A DNA stretch of 64,000 nucleotides from Candidatus Babeliales bacterium (GTDB lineage: Bacteria > Babelota > Babeliae > Babelales > JABCYS01): positions 171,164-235,163 of the forward strand of contig JAFGJD010000004.1 in NCBI GenBank assembly GCA_016929235.1, in the 5' to 3' direction. The notes beneath the pieces were generated by a model. The model did no database searches, was not told where the DNA came from, and was given only the letters and a program-made list of their open reading frames with translations. How positions within the stretch are numbered: the stretch's first letter is position 1; every line of letters begins with the position of its first letter. The position numbers and the translations under genes are program-made. This document shows, piece by piece, positions 45,163 to 54,580 of this stretch.

Positions 45163-46875
45163 ATGAGAAATAAAGACCTAGAATCCCTGCTGATAACAAA
45201 AGGATTGGTGACTCAGGAACAGCTAGACGCATGTAAAAAAGAGGCTGTCGAGCAGGGGATATCTCTTGAAGAATGTTTGGTCAACAAAGGCCTGGTTAAT
45301 CCAGAGGCTCTTGCGCAGATCTATGCAGAACAAAGTGGTCTTCAATACTTTGAGGCTCTTACTGAAGATATGGCGGATCCACTTTTGCTTGCTCGTGTTC
45401 CACTGAAATTTTTACGTGATAATCATGTTATTCCTGTTAAGGTAGATGGGGATCTTGTTTTTGTTGCTGCAGTTCCCTATAACTTTCGGCCTCTTGATGA
45501 TCTTGCACTTATTTTTGGTTCGCCTAATCGTGTTGCGGTTGCGTCTTCCAAGGTGATTGTTGATAGTATTAATCGTTTTTATCCACTCGAGGGCACAAAG
45601 GAAATGCTTGAAGAGCTGGAAGAAGAACAATCAGTCGGCGACGAGGTTATCGATTTCGATGAGATTACCGAGACCGACATTCTTGGAATGGCAAGTGAGG
45701 CTCCTGTTATTAAATTGGTGAACCATATTTTGTATCAGGCAGTAAAACGGGGTGCGTCGGATATTCACGTTGAGCCATTCGAAAAAGAGGTACGTATTCG
45801 CTACCGTATAGATGGTGTTATGTATACGGTCGAAACGCCGCCAAAGCGTGTGCAAGCGGCATTAATTTCACGTATCAAAATCATGTCAAATCTTAACATT
45901 GCTGAAAAGCGAAAACCACAAGATGGTCGTATTCAAATTAAAGTAGCTGACAAATCCATTGATATTCGTGTGTCGATTATTCCGGTGACATTTGGCGAGC
46001 GCGTGGTCATGCGTTTGCTTGATAAAACGCGAGCATTCTTAGATATTGAACAGCTTGGTTTTTCTGAACGTGATCTTGGTATTGTCAAAAAGTGTATAGA
46101 GCGTTCCAATGGTATTTTCTTTGTGTCCGGTCCGACTGGTTCTGGTAAAACGTCGACTTTGTACTCGATCTTGAACCGATTGAATTCAACTGAGGTCAAT
46201 ATAATGACTGTTGAGGATCCAGTTGAATACCAGATGACAGGAGTTGCGCAGATCCAAGTTAAGGAAAAGATCGGTCTGACATTTGCAGCTGCGCTTCGTT
46301 CCATCTTGCGACAAGATCCGGATATAATCATGGTTGGTGAAACACGTGATCAAGAAACGGCACAGATTTCTATTCAGGCTGCGCTTACCGGTCACTTAGT
46401 GTTGAGTACGATTCATACCAATAATGCTCCCGCAACCATTACTCGTCTGCTCGATATGGGTATTGAACCATTCCTGATAGCGTCGACGGTTGTTGCCATT
46501 GTGGCGCAGCGATTAGTTCGCCAATTGTGTAATGACTGTAAGCAAGCATATAAACCAGAAGCTGCTCAAATTAAACAACTTAGACTTACCGATGCAGAAG
46601 CGGCTCAGATTACCTTCTACCAGCCTGTTGGTTGTCATGAATGCGAAGAAACAGGATATAAGGGCCGTTTTGCAATCTTCGAGGTTATGGAAATGACGCC
46701 AGCGGTTGCTCAATTGACGATGCAGCAAGCTGATGCGATTGCAATACGTAAGCAAGCATTGGCAGATGGCATGGTGCTTCTGATTACACATGGTCTTGAA
46801 AATATAAAAGAAGGCAAAACAACGATCGATGAAGTCTTGGCAGTTGCTAACATGGAAGGTGACATTGACGTCTAG
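45163..46875 (+). CDS. gspE: type II secretion / type IV pilus assembly ATPase (GspE/PilB family)
   Basis: N-terminal T2SS-E_N domain, Walker A GPTGSGKTS, Asp box, Walker B IIMVGETRD, His box LTGHLVLSTIHTN, and a tetracysteine CNDC...CHEC. Confidence 0.95.
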   Translation: MRNKDLESLLITKGLVTQEQLDACKKEAVEQGISLEECLVNKGLVNPEALAQIYAEQSGLQYFEALTEDMADPLLLARVPLKFLRDNHVIPVKVDGDLVFVAAVPYNFRPLDDLALIFGSPNRVAVASSKVIVDSINRFYPLEGTKEMLEELEEEQSVGDEVIDFDEITETDILGMASEAPVIKLVNHILYQAVKRGASDIHVEPFEKEVRIRYRIDGVMYTVETPPKRVQAALISRIKIMSNLNIAEKRKPQDGRIQIKVADKSIDIRVSIIPVTFGERVVMRLLDKTRAFLDIEQLGFSERDLGIVKKCIERSNGIFFVSGPTGSGKTSTLYSILNRLNSTEVNIMTVEDPVEYQMTGVAQIQVKEKIGLTFAAALRSILRQDPDIIMVGETRDQETAQISIQAALTGHLVLSTIHTNNAPATITRLLDMGIEPFLIASTVVAIVAQRLVRQLCNDCKQAYKPEAAQIKQLRLTDAEAAQITFYQPVGCHECEETGYKGRFAIFEVMEMTPAVAQLTMQQADAIAIRKQALADGMVLLITHGLENIKEGKTTIDEVLAVANMEGDIDV

Positions 46876-47374
46876 ATGTAGTAGCGGTGTTTCGCTTCTT
46901 GAGACTGTTGTTGTGTGTGCATTGCTTTCACTGATTGTTACGCTGAGTTTTCCGCATATTACTCCGTTTTTCTATGAGTCAAAGGTAAAAACCGAATTAC
47001 ACATGCTCATGAATGCATGTGAGTTGCAACAGCAGCGTGCTGTGATGGAGCAACGTTCATGTACTATCGTGCTGCATCCTGAATGTCATGCGTACTCATA
47101 TGATGATATGACCGTGACGTTCCCACCAGAGGTGCGATTTCATCTTGGTGATGGAATCAAAGGTCCTCCAGCGGCACCGAGAAATTTCCCCTCCGATGTG
47201 GTAACCTTTGAGCGGCATACGATTACCTTCTATGCAGAAGGAACAATACAAGCAGGGAGTATCTACTGTAGTGATCCAGCGCATCGATGTCAGTATGCGT
47301 TGACAATTCCAGTTGAAGGTCCTCCGCGGGTGTGTCTATATCGGTATAATGGGCGCTGGATTGCGATAACATGA
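46829..47374 (+). CDS. additional pseudopilin (GspH/FimT-like)
   Basis: Prepilin motif ..SSG/VSLLETVVVCALLSLIV. The start is uncertain: ATG 46829, or GTG 46859 / TTG 46865 inside the gspE 3' end. The stop overlaps the next ATG (ATGA at 47371-47374). Confidence 0.65.
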   Translation: MKSWQLLTWKVTLTSRCSSGVSLLETVVVCALLSLIVTLSFPHITPFFYESKVKTELHMLMNACELQQQRAVMEQRSCTIVLHPECHAYSYDDMTVTFPPEVRFHLGDGIKGPPAAPRNFPSDVVTFERHTITFYAEGTIQAGSIYCSDPAHRCQYALTIPVEGPPRVCLYRYNGRWIAIT

Positions 47375-50076
47375 GTTACATAAAAACAATCATTAAAAGT
47401 TTTAATGCCATTGCGCTTGGTATGTGTGTGGCGTTGTATCTTTTGCAGTTTAACGGCACGATTTATTCAGTGGTGCAGCAGCGATTGCAAGAGTATTTGA
47501 GCTCTGCCTTTGATTGCTCATTTTCATGTCAGGTATCTGAGATTAATTTTTTTACGCCACATCTTGTTCTAGATAATCTTTCTGTGGTTCCTCGTTCAGG
47601 AGCTAGAACATGGTCATGGAGGAGTAAAAGAGCAGTAGTTACAGCTCCATGGTGGAAGATAATAACGAAGCGCATCGGAGAGTTAGATATTACGCTGTAT
47701 GGCTATACGGCTTTTTCTGAAATGGATCTTGGTTCTCTTGCAATTTTGCCACATTATCAAAAAATTTTTGGCGCAGAAGGTATTGATGTCCCTGTATTTT
47801 TGAAGCGTTTATCTATACCTAATGGGACCTTTGAATGTGCTGAGTTGCGAACTGGTATCACTTTGAATACATCCGTTCATAGCACGTTTGCAAGCGTTGG
47901 TGATTTTATGAAAGTAACAATATACCCAACGGGTGGAACAATCACGCGCCTTGGGACAACATATGCACATACGCTTTTGGGTTCAATTCGATATATTGGG
48001 GAGCTAGAGCCAAAAATTGACTGCTCTTTAACTGTTGAACTTCCACAGTTACAAGGAGAACAACGATGTTTTGTGGTTGGATCATATGCACATAATGATC
48101 TGGAATTCCGTGTGTATACCAGTGACCGTGACTTACTTATCGAGCCGCTTAGTATTGATCGGCATGGTCATTATATGTGTCGTGCAAAGCTTCCATGGAG
48201 TTATGTTAGTTCAGTGGTATTTGATCAGTCTGTTGGCGATGGAGCTGGATCATGTGTGCTACAACTTCAAGGGTCTATGTCAGATCCTCTCCATACAGCG
48301 CATGGTATGTGTTCGTTGTCTGATGTGCTAATGGGTTTTGTACCTATTACTAAAGCGTGGTGTTCTATTTCAGCATGCGAGCAGTCGTGGAAGGGTATGA
48401 TCGAATGTTCCTGTACGGGCAACAACGAAATAATCGGGTCGTGGGAGTTGAGCCAGGAAGGCAATGGGCTTGTATCCTTGACAAATAAAACTGTATTAGG
48501 GCTACCGAGTTTGTTCCATTATAGGATTCAACCTCGTGATCTTATGGTACAACTTTCGTGTAATACTCAAGGAGATGGGGAGCTCGTTGGTATCGGTCAT
48601 ATCACGGATGCGGTGTTGGATACCGTTTCTTCTGCAACTATTCAGGGCAAAAAAAATGGGAGGGAAGTCGCTGGTGAAGTGGAATGGCTAGATCGACATC
48701 TTGCTGTACGGGCAAGTGTGACTGATACAGTGCACATTAAGCATGCCAGCTATGCAGAGGGGAATAAATTACTTGCACTACTGTCATCAGACGATACGAG
48801 TTGCCGTTTAAGTGGTGATGTTGATTATGCATTATTGCGTTCCTGTGTACCTCGTTTAGTGCGAGATGATGTTGTTGGTGAAGGCCGATTTCATGTCGAG
48901 ATTGAACCGTATGATACTGTGATCTCAGGCTCTGTTACGTTACAAGACGGGATGATCAAAGTTCCACGTATGTACAATGTGGTTGACGGGTTCTCCATGA
49001 ACTTCCAATTTGATCCTGTTCATCGTAGCGCAAAAATAAATGATTTGGTGTGTTCTCTCCATCGTGGTAATGTTGCTATATCATCTGCACGTGTACTGTT
49101 TGATACTTCGTATACCCCAACATTTTTTCATGTTCCACTAAGCTTTGACCAGTGCTTTGTGAGCTGGCAGCGTGATTTATTTGCGGTAACATCGGGTCAT
49201 CTGATGATACGTGATCATCCGATTTCAAGTATGGAGATTGACGGCACCATTGTGTTAGATCGCTCGCAATCAAAAGGTAATATCATGTCGGGTGATATGT
49301 CGTATTCATTCTTTATGTCTCCCGGCAGCGCATTAGGATTCAATCCGTTTATGAATGTATTTATTGAGACACGGCATCCATTGATCGTTGGAACGTCATT
49401 ATGGGATGCGGAAGCTATGATGCGTGTATCTTTACATGGGCCATTAGAAAAGTTAGCGGTATTAGGAACGATAGAGCTGCTTTCTGGTAAGATCAAGTTT
49501 CCGTATAAACCGCTTACCGTGACGCATGGACGCTTAGAGTTGGTGCCATATCGTCTAGAAAATCCTGGCATTGAGCTGACGGCCAAGGGTCGTATTAAAA
49601 AATACGCAGTAACGATGCGTGTTGTGGGGACATTGGAAGATCCGCATATTATGTTTGAATCAAGCCCTGCGCTTACTGAAGAACAAATTATAGCATTACT
49701 GCTTGCGGGATCTGAAGAGAGCTCTTTGAGCATCTTGATGCCGGCATTGATCATGCAGAATCTTCAATATATTTTGTTTGGACCGGCACAGTCGCAGGAA
49801 AAGCTTGAAGAATATTTTAGGGGATTACTGAAGCCGTTAAGTTATGTTCGGTTTATTCCAAAGTTTTCTGATCAGTCGGGGCGTGGGGGATTAAAGGGTA
49901 TTATAGAAGTAGATGTGAGTGATCATTTGACTGGTCGCATCGAGCAAGGATTTTCATTGTCCGAAGATACGAGGTTTGAGGTTGACTATCAGTTGTCAGA
50001 TGATATTAGTCTCCGAGGGATAAAGGATGAGCGTGGAAACCTTGGTGGTGAAGTAGAAATGAAATGGAAATTTTAG
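47371..50076 (+). CDS. tamB: TamB/AsmA-like translocation and assembly module protein (DUF490-type C-terminus)
   Basis: N-terminal TM anchor (AIALGMCVALYLL) and a long beta-rich body. C-terminal ..GTLEDPHIMFESSPALTEEQIIALLLAGS.. and the terminal strand pattern are typical of the TamB DUF490 region. Confidence 0.7.
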   Translation: MSYIKTIIKSFNAIALGMCVALYLLQFNGTIYSVVQQRLQEYLSSAFDCSFSCQVSEINFFTPHLVLDNLSVVPRSGARTWSWRSKRAVVTAPWWKIITKRIGELDITLYGYTAFSEMDLGSLAILPHYQKIFGAEGIDVPVFLKRLSIPNGTFECAELRTGITLNTSVHSTFASVGDFMKVTIYPTGGTITRLGTTYAHTLLGSIRYIGELEPKIDCSLTVELPQLQGEQRCFVVGSYAHNDLEFRVYTSDRDLLIEPLSIDRHGHYMCRAKLPWSYVSSVVFDQSVGDGAGSCVLQLQGSMSDPLHTAHGMCSLSDVLMGFVPITKAWCSISACEQSWKGMIECSCTGNNEIIGSWELSQEGNGLVSLTNKTVLGLPSLFHYRIQPRDLMVQLSCNTQGDGELVGIGHITDAVLDTVSSATIQGKKNGREVAGEVEWLDRHLAVRASVTDTVHIKHASYAEGNKLLALLSSDDTSCRLSGDVDYALLRSCVPRLVRDDVVGEGRFHVEIEPYDTVISGSVTLQDGMIKVPRMYNVVDGFSMNFQFDPVHRSAKINDLVCSLHRGNVAISSARVLFDTSYTPTFFHVPLSFDQCFVSWQRDLFAVTSGHLMIRDHPISSMEIDGTIVLDRSQSKGNIMSGDMSYSFFMSPGSALGFNPFMNVFIETRHPLIVGTSLWDAEAMMRVSLHGPLEKLAVLGTIELLSGKIKFPYKPLTVTHGRLELVPYRLENPGIELTAKGRIKKYAVTMRVVGTLEDPHIMFESSPALTEEQIIALLLAGSEESSLSILMPALIMQNLQYILFGPAQSQEKLEEYFRGLLKPLSYVRFIPKFSDQSGRGGLKGIIEVDVSDHLTGRIEQGFSLSEDTRFEVDYQLSDDISLRGIKDERGNLGGEVEMKWKF

Positions 50077-50550
50077 CGCATATACACAATATGGGAGCTT
50101 ACATGCGCGCGAATGACTTTCCCTTGGTCTTTTGTTGCTTTTCAATGTTGTGTGGACGTGGATATTCAACCAGATTCACCATTACAGTACGTTACACATA
50201 TACCATGTTGTAGATGTTAACGATGTGATGAAACGAGAAGCGATGTTGTTCCGTCTATTTTCGAAAATCGTATTTGCTATGATCTGGCGAGCTTAGAGGA
50301 GGACGTAAGGAGGGGGGCATAGTTTATCTGCTCGCGCGATCCGGCGCTTGTTTGATCTTGAGACAAATGAGTTTCTTGCTGAGCGTGCCCGCGAGCGCCT
50401 AGGCGCTTTGCTGCAGCAGGACTTTGAGAATAAATTTAAAGGACAATCTCTTGAATCATGTCGACAATTGGTGGTCTTTAGTATAGGAGTTGTGGGAGCA
50501 TTGTTTTTTATGAACAATTTTTTGTAGTGCATAAGAGAGGAAAGGACGGT

Positions 50551-51147
50551 ATGAAATGCTGGTATGTATGTGTAGTTCTTTGTACTATTTATGCTCAGGC
50601 AGTTGATGTGCATTTTACATCATCAACTAAGCTTAGAAACGAACTGTGCCGCTATATCGACCGTGAACAAAAAAGTATCAATGCCGCGCTTTATTGTTTT
50701 ACCGATGTCCATGTTGCAAGGTCATTAGTCCGCGCGCACAAACGGGGTGTCTCTATTACGTTGCTTGTATGCAAGACGGCGCTCGAAGGGGAATGGACCA
50801 AGGTTCCTGATATTGCTACTTATGATATCCCGGTATTGGTATATTATGGTGATGGGATTATGCACCATAAGTTTTTTATATTTGGATCCAATGATCGACA
50901 TAAATCATGTGTATGGACAGGGTCATACAATCCTACACATGCTGCTACGTCAAAAAACTGTGAGAATGTGATCATCGAAGATGATATCAAAGTTGTCCAT
51001 GCATACGAGCGTGAATTTAAGCGTTTGTGTAGGCACAAAAATACTAAACAGTATCGTCAAAAAGTAGTGCAAGCATCTCGGATTGATACTTCGTTTGTAA
51101 TTCCTCGTGAGATAGAGGGAAGGTTACTCATGAGACCGGCTGCTTAA
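50551..51147 (+). CDS. secreted phospholipase D/Nuc-like (single HKD) protein
   Basis: ATG 50551 follows AGAGGAAAGGA. Signal peptide MKCWYVCVVLCTIYAQA. HKD region IMHHKFFIFGSND...VWTGSYNPT...NCENVI parallels Nuc 'MHNKFMVVD...GSFNWT...N.EN'. Confidence 0.75.
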   Translation: MKCWYVCVVLCTIYAQAVDVHFTSSTKLRNELCRYIDREQKSINAALYCFTDVHVARSLVRAHKRGVSITLLVCKTALEGEWTKVPDIATYDIPVLVYYGDGIMHHKFFIFGSNDRHKSCVWTGSYNPTHAATSKNCENVIIEDDIKVVHAYEREFKRLCRHKNTKQYRQKVVQASRIDTSFVIPREIEGRLLMRPAA

Positions 51148-52090
51148 GTCGCTTGATTGCTGTCTCAAAATCTTTTGGCACTGGGCATTCAAATGAATAT
51201 TCTTTCTCATTAAATGTAAATGCAAGTGTATGCGCATGAAGTGCATGTCGCTTAATGAGTTTGGATCCGGTTCCGTAGGTGGTGTCTCCTAGTAGGGGAT
51301 GCCCAAGCGCGGCTAGGTGGACACGAATTTGATGGGTGCGTCCTGTGGCAGGGACACATTCTATGAGGGCTGCGTTTTCAAAGTATTGTATTACCTTGTA
51401 AAAGGTTTGGGCAAAGCGAGCTGTTTTACGCGCTTTCTCTGGAACAACGTGAGTCATTTTATGTTTATAGACACGGTGTCGATCAATCCACCACGAGATT
51501 GTTCCTGATTCATCTGGATGTCCCTGAACTAATGCGAGATATGTTTTTCTGATTTTACGCTCTTTAAACAATTCTCCAAATATCATATGTGCATAATTTG
51601 TGCGTGTGATCACCATAATCCCCGAGGTGTTCTTATCAAGGCGATGTACGATGCCAGGACGAGCAGTATCACCTATCTCGCGTATATCTTCGAACTTAGT
51701 TAGGAGCCAGTCTACTAGAGTTGCATCATGGGGTTTGGTTGTGGACGCGTGTGTGATCAGGCCGGCTGGTTTACAGATAATTAAAAAATGCCCATCTATA
51801 TGGAGTATTGGAATGTCTAGATTTTTGGGAAGTTCCTGGGGAGTAATAATGCTTTTTTCCTGCGGGAAAGTGACCGTTATCACATCATTCATTTTCACTA
51901 GTGTGCTGATCTTTGTGATGATTTTGTCATTGAGTTTGATGAGGCCACGTGTAAAACATGACTTAAAAAAGCTTCTTGAATGACTAGGAAACCGCTTAGA
52001 GACTACGATGTCTATGCGGTGCTGGTCATCATCATATGTCGCGGTAAAGCTATGAACTGATTCTGGCGTTGGGATCTCGTTTTTCTTCAT
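51128..52090 (-). CDS. rluD: RluA-family pseudouridine synthase (RluD-like, with S4 domain)
   Basis: S4-like ..SRSFFKSCFTRGLIKLNDKII.., catalytic HRLDKNTSGIMVI and ..GRTHQIRVHLAALGHPLLGD.. Start set at ATG 52090 (320 aa). The listed ORF to 52294 would overlap mgtE. Confidence 0.85.
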   Translation of the reverse strand: MKKNEIPTPESVHSFTATYDDDQHRIDIVVSKRFPSHSRSFFKSCFTRGLIKLNDKIITKISTLVKMNDVITVTFPQEKSIITPQELPKNLDIPILHIDGHFLIICKPAGLITHASTTKPHDATLVDWLLTKFEDIREIGDTARPGIVHRLDKNTSGIMVITRTNYAHMIFGELFKERKIRKTYLALVQGHPDESGTISWWIDRHRVYKHKMTHVVPEKARKTARFAQTFYKVIQYFENAALIECVPATGRTHQIRVHLAALGHPLLGDTTYGTGSKLIKRHALHAHTLAFTFNEKEYSFECPVPKDFETAIKRLKQPVS

Positions 52091-52250
52091 AAGCTTCAAG
52101 CTAAAATAATTACCTGTAAAGTCAAATGGACAATCAGAGGGCATTGGATTACGATGAGGTCGTACCATGTGTCTTGCTGATCGGTGATCAGAAACTCTTG
52201 ATCCCTCTAAGAAAGGCATGTCATCCTGAACCAAGAAAAAGTATGCAAGG

Positions 52251-53624
52251 ATGGGAAGAGTTATGATACCAGGAAGCATTTTTAGTGGCGTCAAGGAAAA
52301 TATAGAGGTGGTCCTTGAAAAAAAAGAGCCTATTGGCCTCGCTCTTTGGGATTCCCTAGTCGTACTTCATCCAGCTGATATCGCAACCTTTTTGGGTGAT
52401 CTTGATAGGGCCCACGCCAAAAAATTGTTTCTCACATTTCCCAAGACATTGCAGGCATCGGTGTTTCAGGATTTATCTGAATCGCTCAAGGTTTTTGTGC
52501 TCTCGTTTCTTTCAGATAAGGATAGAGCGGAGATCCTTGGGGCTACGCCTCTTGATGAGCTAACAGATTTGTTTGAGGATCTTTCTGACGATGATCTTAA
52601 GCGGTATCTTAAACTTCTTCATAAAAAAGATCGGGACACGGTCATTTCATTGTTGCAATTCGACCCGGAATCTGCGGGTGGGATTATGGCGACGGATGTT
52701 GTGACCCTAATCGAAGATTTCACCGTAGAAAACAGTATTCATGTTCTTCAGCGCTTACAACCAGATCAGGATCTTCATCGTCGTATTTTTGTAACGAATC
52801 AAGAACAGAACTTGGTGGGGTACGTAAACCTCGAGGATTTAGTGATACATTCACCATCAACGCGGATCTCTGCCTTTATGAGGAAGAATGAGCTTGTGGT
52901 TCAGGTAACGGAAGATCAGGAGTCTGTGGCGCATCAGATGGTTCACTATGGCCTTGTCACGGTGCCTGTTGTAGATCAACGCGGTATTTTTCTGGGAGTG
53001 ATTACGACCGATAAACTTGTGGATATTATCGAGCAAGAGGCAAGTGAAAATGTCTATAAGATGTCTGCAATGGCACCAATCAAAGAGCGCTATTTTGAGA
53101 CGCCATTTTTTAAAATGGCATATGAGCGAGGATCAATCCTTGGTGTTCTTCTCGTGGCGCAAACCTTATCCTCGATTATTGTTGAACATTATGAAGCAGT
53201 GCTTACTGGGTTTCTAACCTACTTCATCACGATGTTAGTCAGTACGGGTGGCAACGCAAGTAGCCAAACGTCTGCGATCGTTATTCAGGGGATGGCATCT
53301 GGTGAGATTACCCCGAATAATATGATGCGTTTTGTCAAGCGAGAACTCCTTATGGCGGTCTTTCTTGGCGGGGTGCTTGGTCTCTTTTCATTCATTAGAA
53401 TTTTAATTACCCATGGCACAGGACGGTTGCTTAGTGGTATAGCGGTTAGTTCGTCACTAGCGCTCCTTGTCTTAGTGTCGGTTGTGCTGGGTAGTTCTAT
53501 TCCTCTCCTTCTCAAGAAATTACGTCTTGATCCAGCTCTTTCCGCTGGTCCTGGGTTAGCTACGCTTATGGATATTCTTGGGCTCTTTATTTACTGCTAT
53601 GTAAGTTATTTAATCCTGGGTTAA
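52251..53624 (+). CDS. mgtE: magnesium transporter MgtE
   Basis: N-domain, tandem CBS domains and a TM domain with ..VSTGGNASSQTSAIVIQGMASGEI... 457 aa. A second ATG at 52263 is an alternative start. Confidence 0.93.
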   Translation: MGRVMIPGSIFSGVKENIEVVLEKKEPIGLALWDSLVVLHPADIATFLGDLDRAHAKKLFLTFPKTLQASVFQDLSESLKVFVLSFLSDKDRAEILGATPLDELTDLFEDLSDDDLKRYLKLLHKKDRDTVISLLQFDPESAGGIMATDVVTLIEDFTVENSIHVLQRLQPDQDLHRRIFVTNQEQNLVGYVNLEDLVIHSPSTRISAFMRKNELVVQVTEDQESVAHQMVHYGLVTVPVVDQRGIFLGVITTDKLVDIIEQEASENVYKMSAMAPIKERYFETPFFKMAYERGSILGVLLVAQTLSSIIVEHYEAVLTGFLTYFITMLVSTGGNASSQTSAIVIQGMASGEITPNNMMRFVKRELLMAVFLGGVLGLFSFIRILITHGTGRLLSGIAVSSSLALLVLVSVVLGSSIPLLLKKLRLDPALSAGPGLATLMDILGLFIYCYVSYLILG

Positions 53625-53640
53625 ACCAGCGTTGCCAATC

Positions 53641-53669
53641 TTGACAAAGAATAGCCTGAACTATAGCTT
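53641..53669 (+). promoter_or_regulatory. possible sigma70-type promoter of the tRNA pair
   Basis: TTGACA (53641-53646), a 17-nt spacer, then TAGCTT (53664-53669), or TATAGC with a 15-nt spacer. Lies about 35 nt upstream of tRNA-Lys. Confidence 0.3.
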
Positions 53670-53702
53670 TAAAGCACGTATCGTATACAATGCGAATACC
53701 GT

Positions 53703-53778
53703 GAGCCGCTAGCTCAGTTGGTAGAGCACCAGCCTTTTAAGCTGAGGGTCGATGGTTCGAGTCCATCGCGGCTCACCA
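53703..53778 (+). tRNA. tRNA-Lys (anticodon UUU), CCA encoded
   Basis: 76 nt. Acceptor GAGCCGC/GCGGCTC, D arm GCTC-AGTTGGTA-GAGC, anticodon loop CTTTTAA, T arm GATGG-TTCGAGT-CCATC, discriminator A and CCA. Confidence 0.9.
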
Positions 53779-53793
53779 GTTTTCTTGAAATGC

Positions 53794-53871
53794 GTCCCTA
53801 TCGTCTAGCCTGGTCTAGGACATCGCCCTTTCACGGCGAAAACAAGGGTTCGAATCCCTTTGGGGACGCCA
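53794..53871 (+). tRNA. tRNA-Glu (anticodon UUC), CCA encoded
   Basis: 78 nt, closely parallel to E. coli tRNA-Glu (GTCCC..TCGTCTAG...CGCCCTTTCACGGCG...GGGTTCGAATCCC..GGGGACGCCA). Anticodon loop CTTTCAC. Confidence 0.9.
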
Positions 53872-53916
53872 AATTTTATCTGCTCTCTTTCTCCTATCTA
53901 ACTGGCTGGTTTTAAG

Positions 53917-54573
53917 GTGGGTGTTGGAATGATGAACTATTTCTTTTATAGCCTCGTAGTTATTGCTATCTCGCTGTTTCTATTTTTTATCATTTGGCGG
54001 TTTGTTTCTCAAAAACGGAATATCCCTTGTCCGTCATGGCTAGGATGGATGATTGAGAGAGATAATCCCTTTACTAGACTTAATCAATCTGCAGAAATCA
54101 TTAAGTCGTTAAGGCTACAGAGTGGGATGTATGTACTGGATGCAGGGTGTGGTCCCGGTAGAATTACTATACCTGTGGCTAAACAAGTGACGGCCGCAGG
54201 AAACGTGACGGCCATAGATGTTCAAAAAGAAATGCTGGATCTGACAAAAGAAAAAGCACAACAGGCGGGACTTGATAATATTGATTTTGTGCATGCAGCA
54301 TTAGGTGATGGAATGCTTGAGCATAATATCTACGATAGGGCCTTATTAGTAACGGTTTTAGGAGAAATTCCTCAGCAAAAAAGAGCATTGGAAGAAGTTT
54401 TTAATGCGCTAAAGCCAGGAGGTATTCTTTCGATAACGGAAACTATTTTTGATCCACATTATCAAAGAATTAAGAATGTTAGGGCTCTTGCCAAAAAAGT
54501 GGGCTTTACGCAGAAGAGAATCGTCTCTGATTTTTTTTCATATAATCTCATGTTAGAAAAACCGCTATCATGA
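53917..54573 (+). CDS. membrane-anchored class I SAM-dependent methyltransferase
   Basis: N-terminal TM (FFYSLVVIAISLFLFFIIW), SAM motif I VLDAGCGPGRITIPVA, and post-I/II motifs (..VTAIDV.., ..LKPGGILSI..). ATG 53929 is an alternative to GTG 53917. Confidence 0.8.
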   Translation: MGVGMMNYFFYSLVVIAISLFLFFIIWRFVSQKRNIPCPSWLGWMIERDNPFTRLNQSAEIIKSLRLQSGMYVLDAGCGPGRITIPVAKQVTAAGNVTAIDVQKEMLDLTKEKAQQAGLDNIDFVHAALGDGMLEHNIYDRALLVTVLGEIPQQKRALEEVFNALKPGGILSITETIFDPHYQRIKNVRALAKKVGFTQKRIVSDFFSYNLMLEKPLS

Positions 54574-54580
54574 TAGCGGT
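54561..54580. terminator. perfect 20-nt palindrome spanning the methyltransferase stop codon
   Basis: ACCGCTATCA/TGATAGCGGT. There is no strong U-tract, so terminator function is uncertain. Confidence 0.3.

Noticed and set aside
50293-50613. 106-aa minus-strand ORF overlapping the PLD-like gene start
   Set aside because: Its composition is Arg/Ser/Cys-rich and non-protein-like. It overlaps the well-supported start and signal peptide of the plus-strand PLD-like gene. The opposite-strand frame looks more protein-like (see the finding at 50077-50550).
53718-53915. 65-aa ORF across the tRNA region
   Set aside because: It is made up of the tRNA-Lys and tRNA-Glu sequences, which fold into canonical cloverleaves. 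It is not coding.
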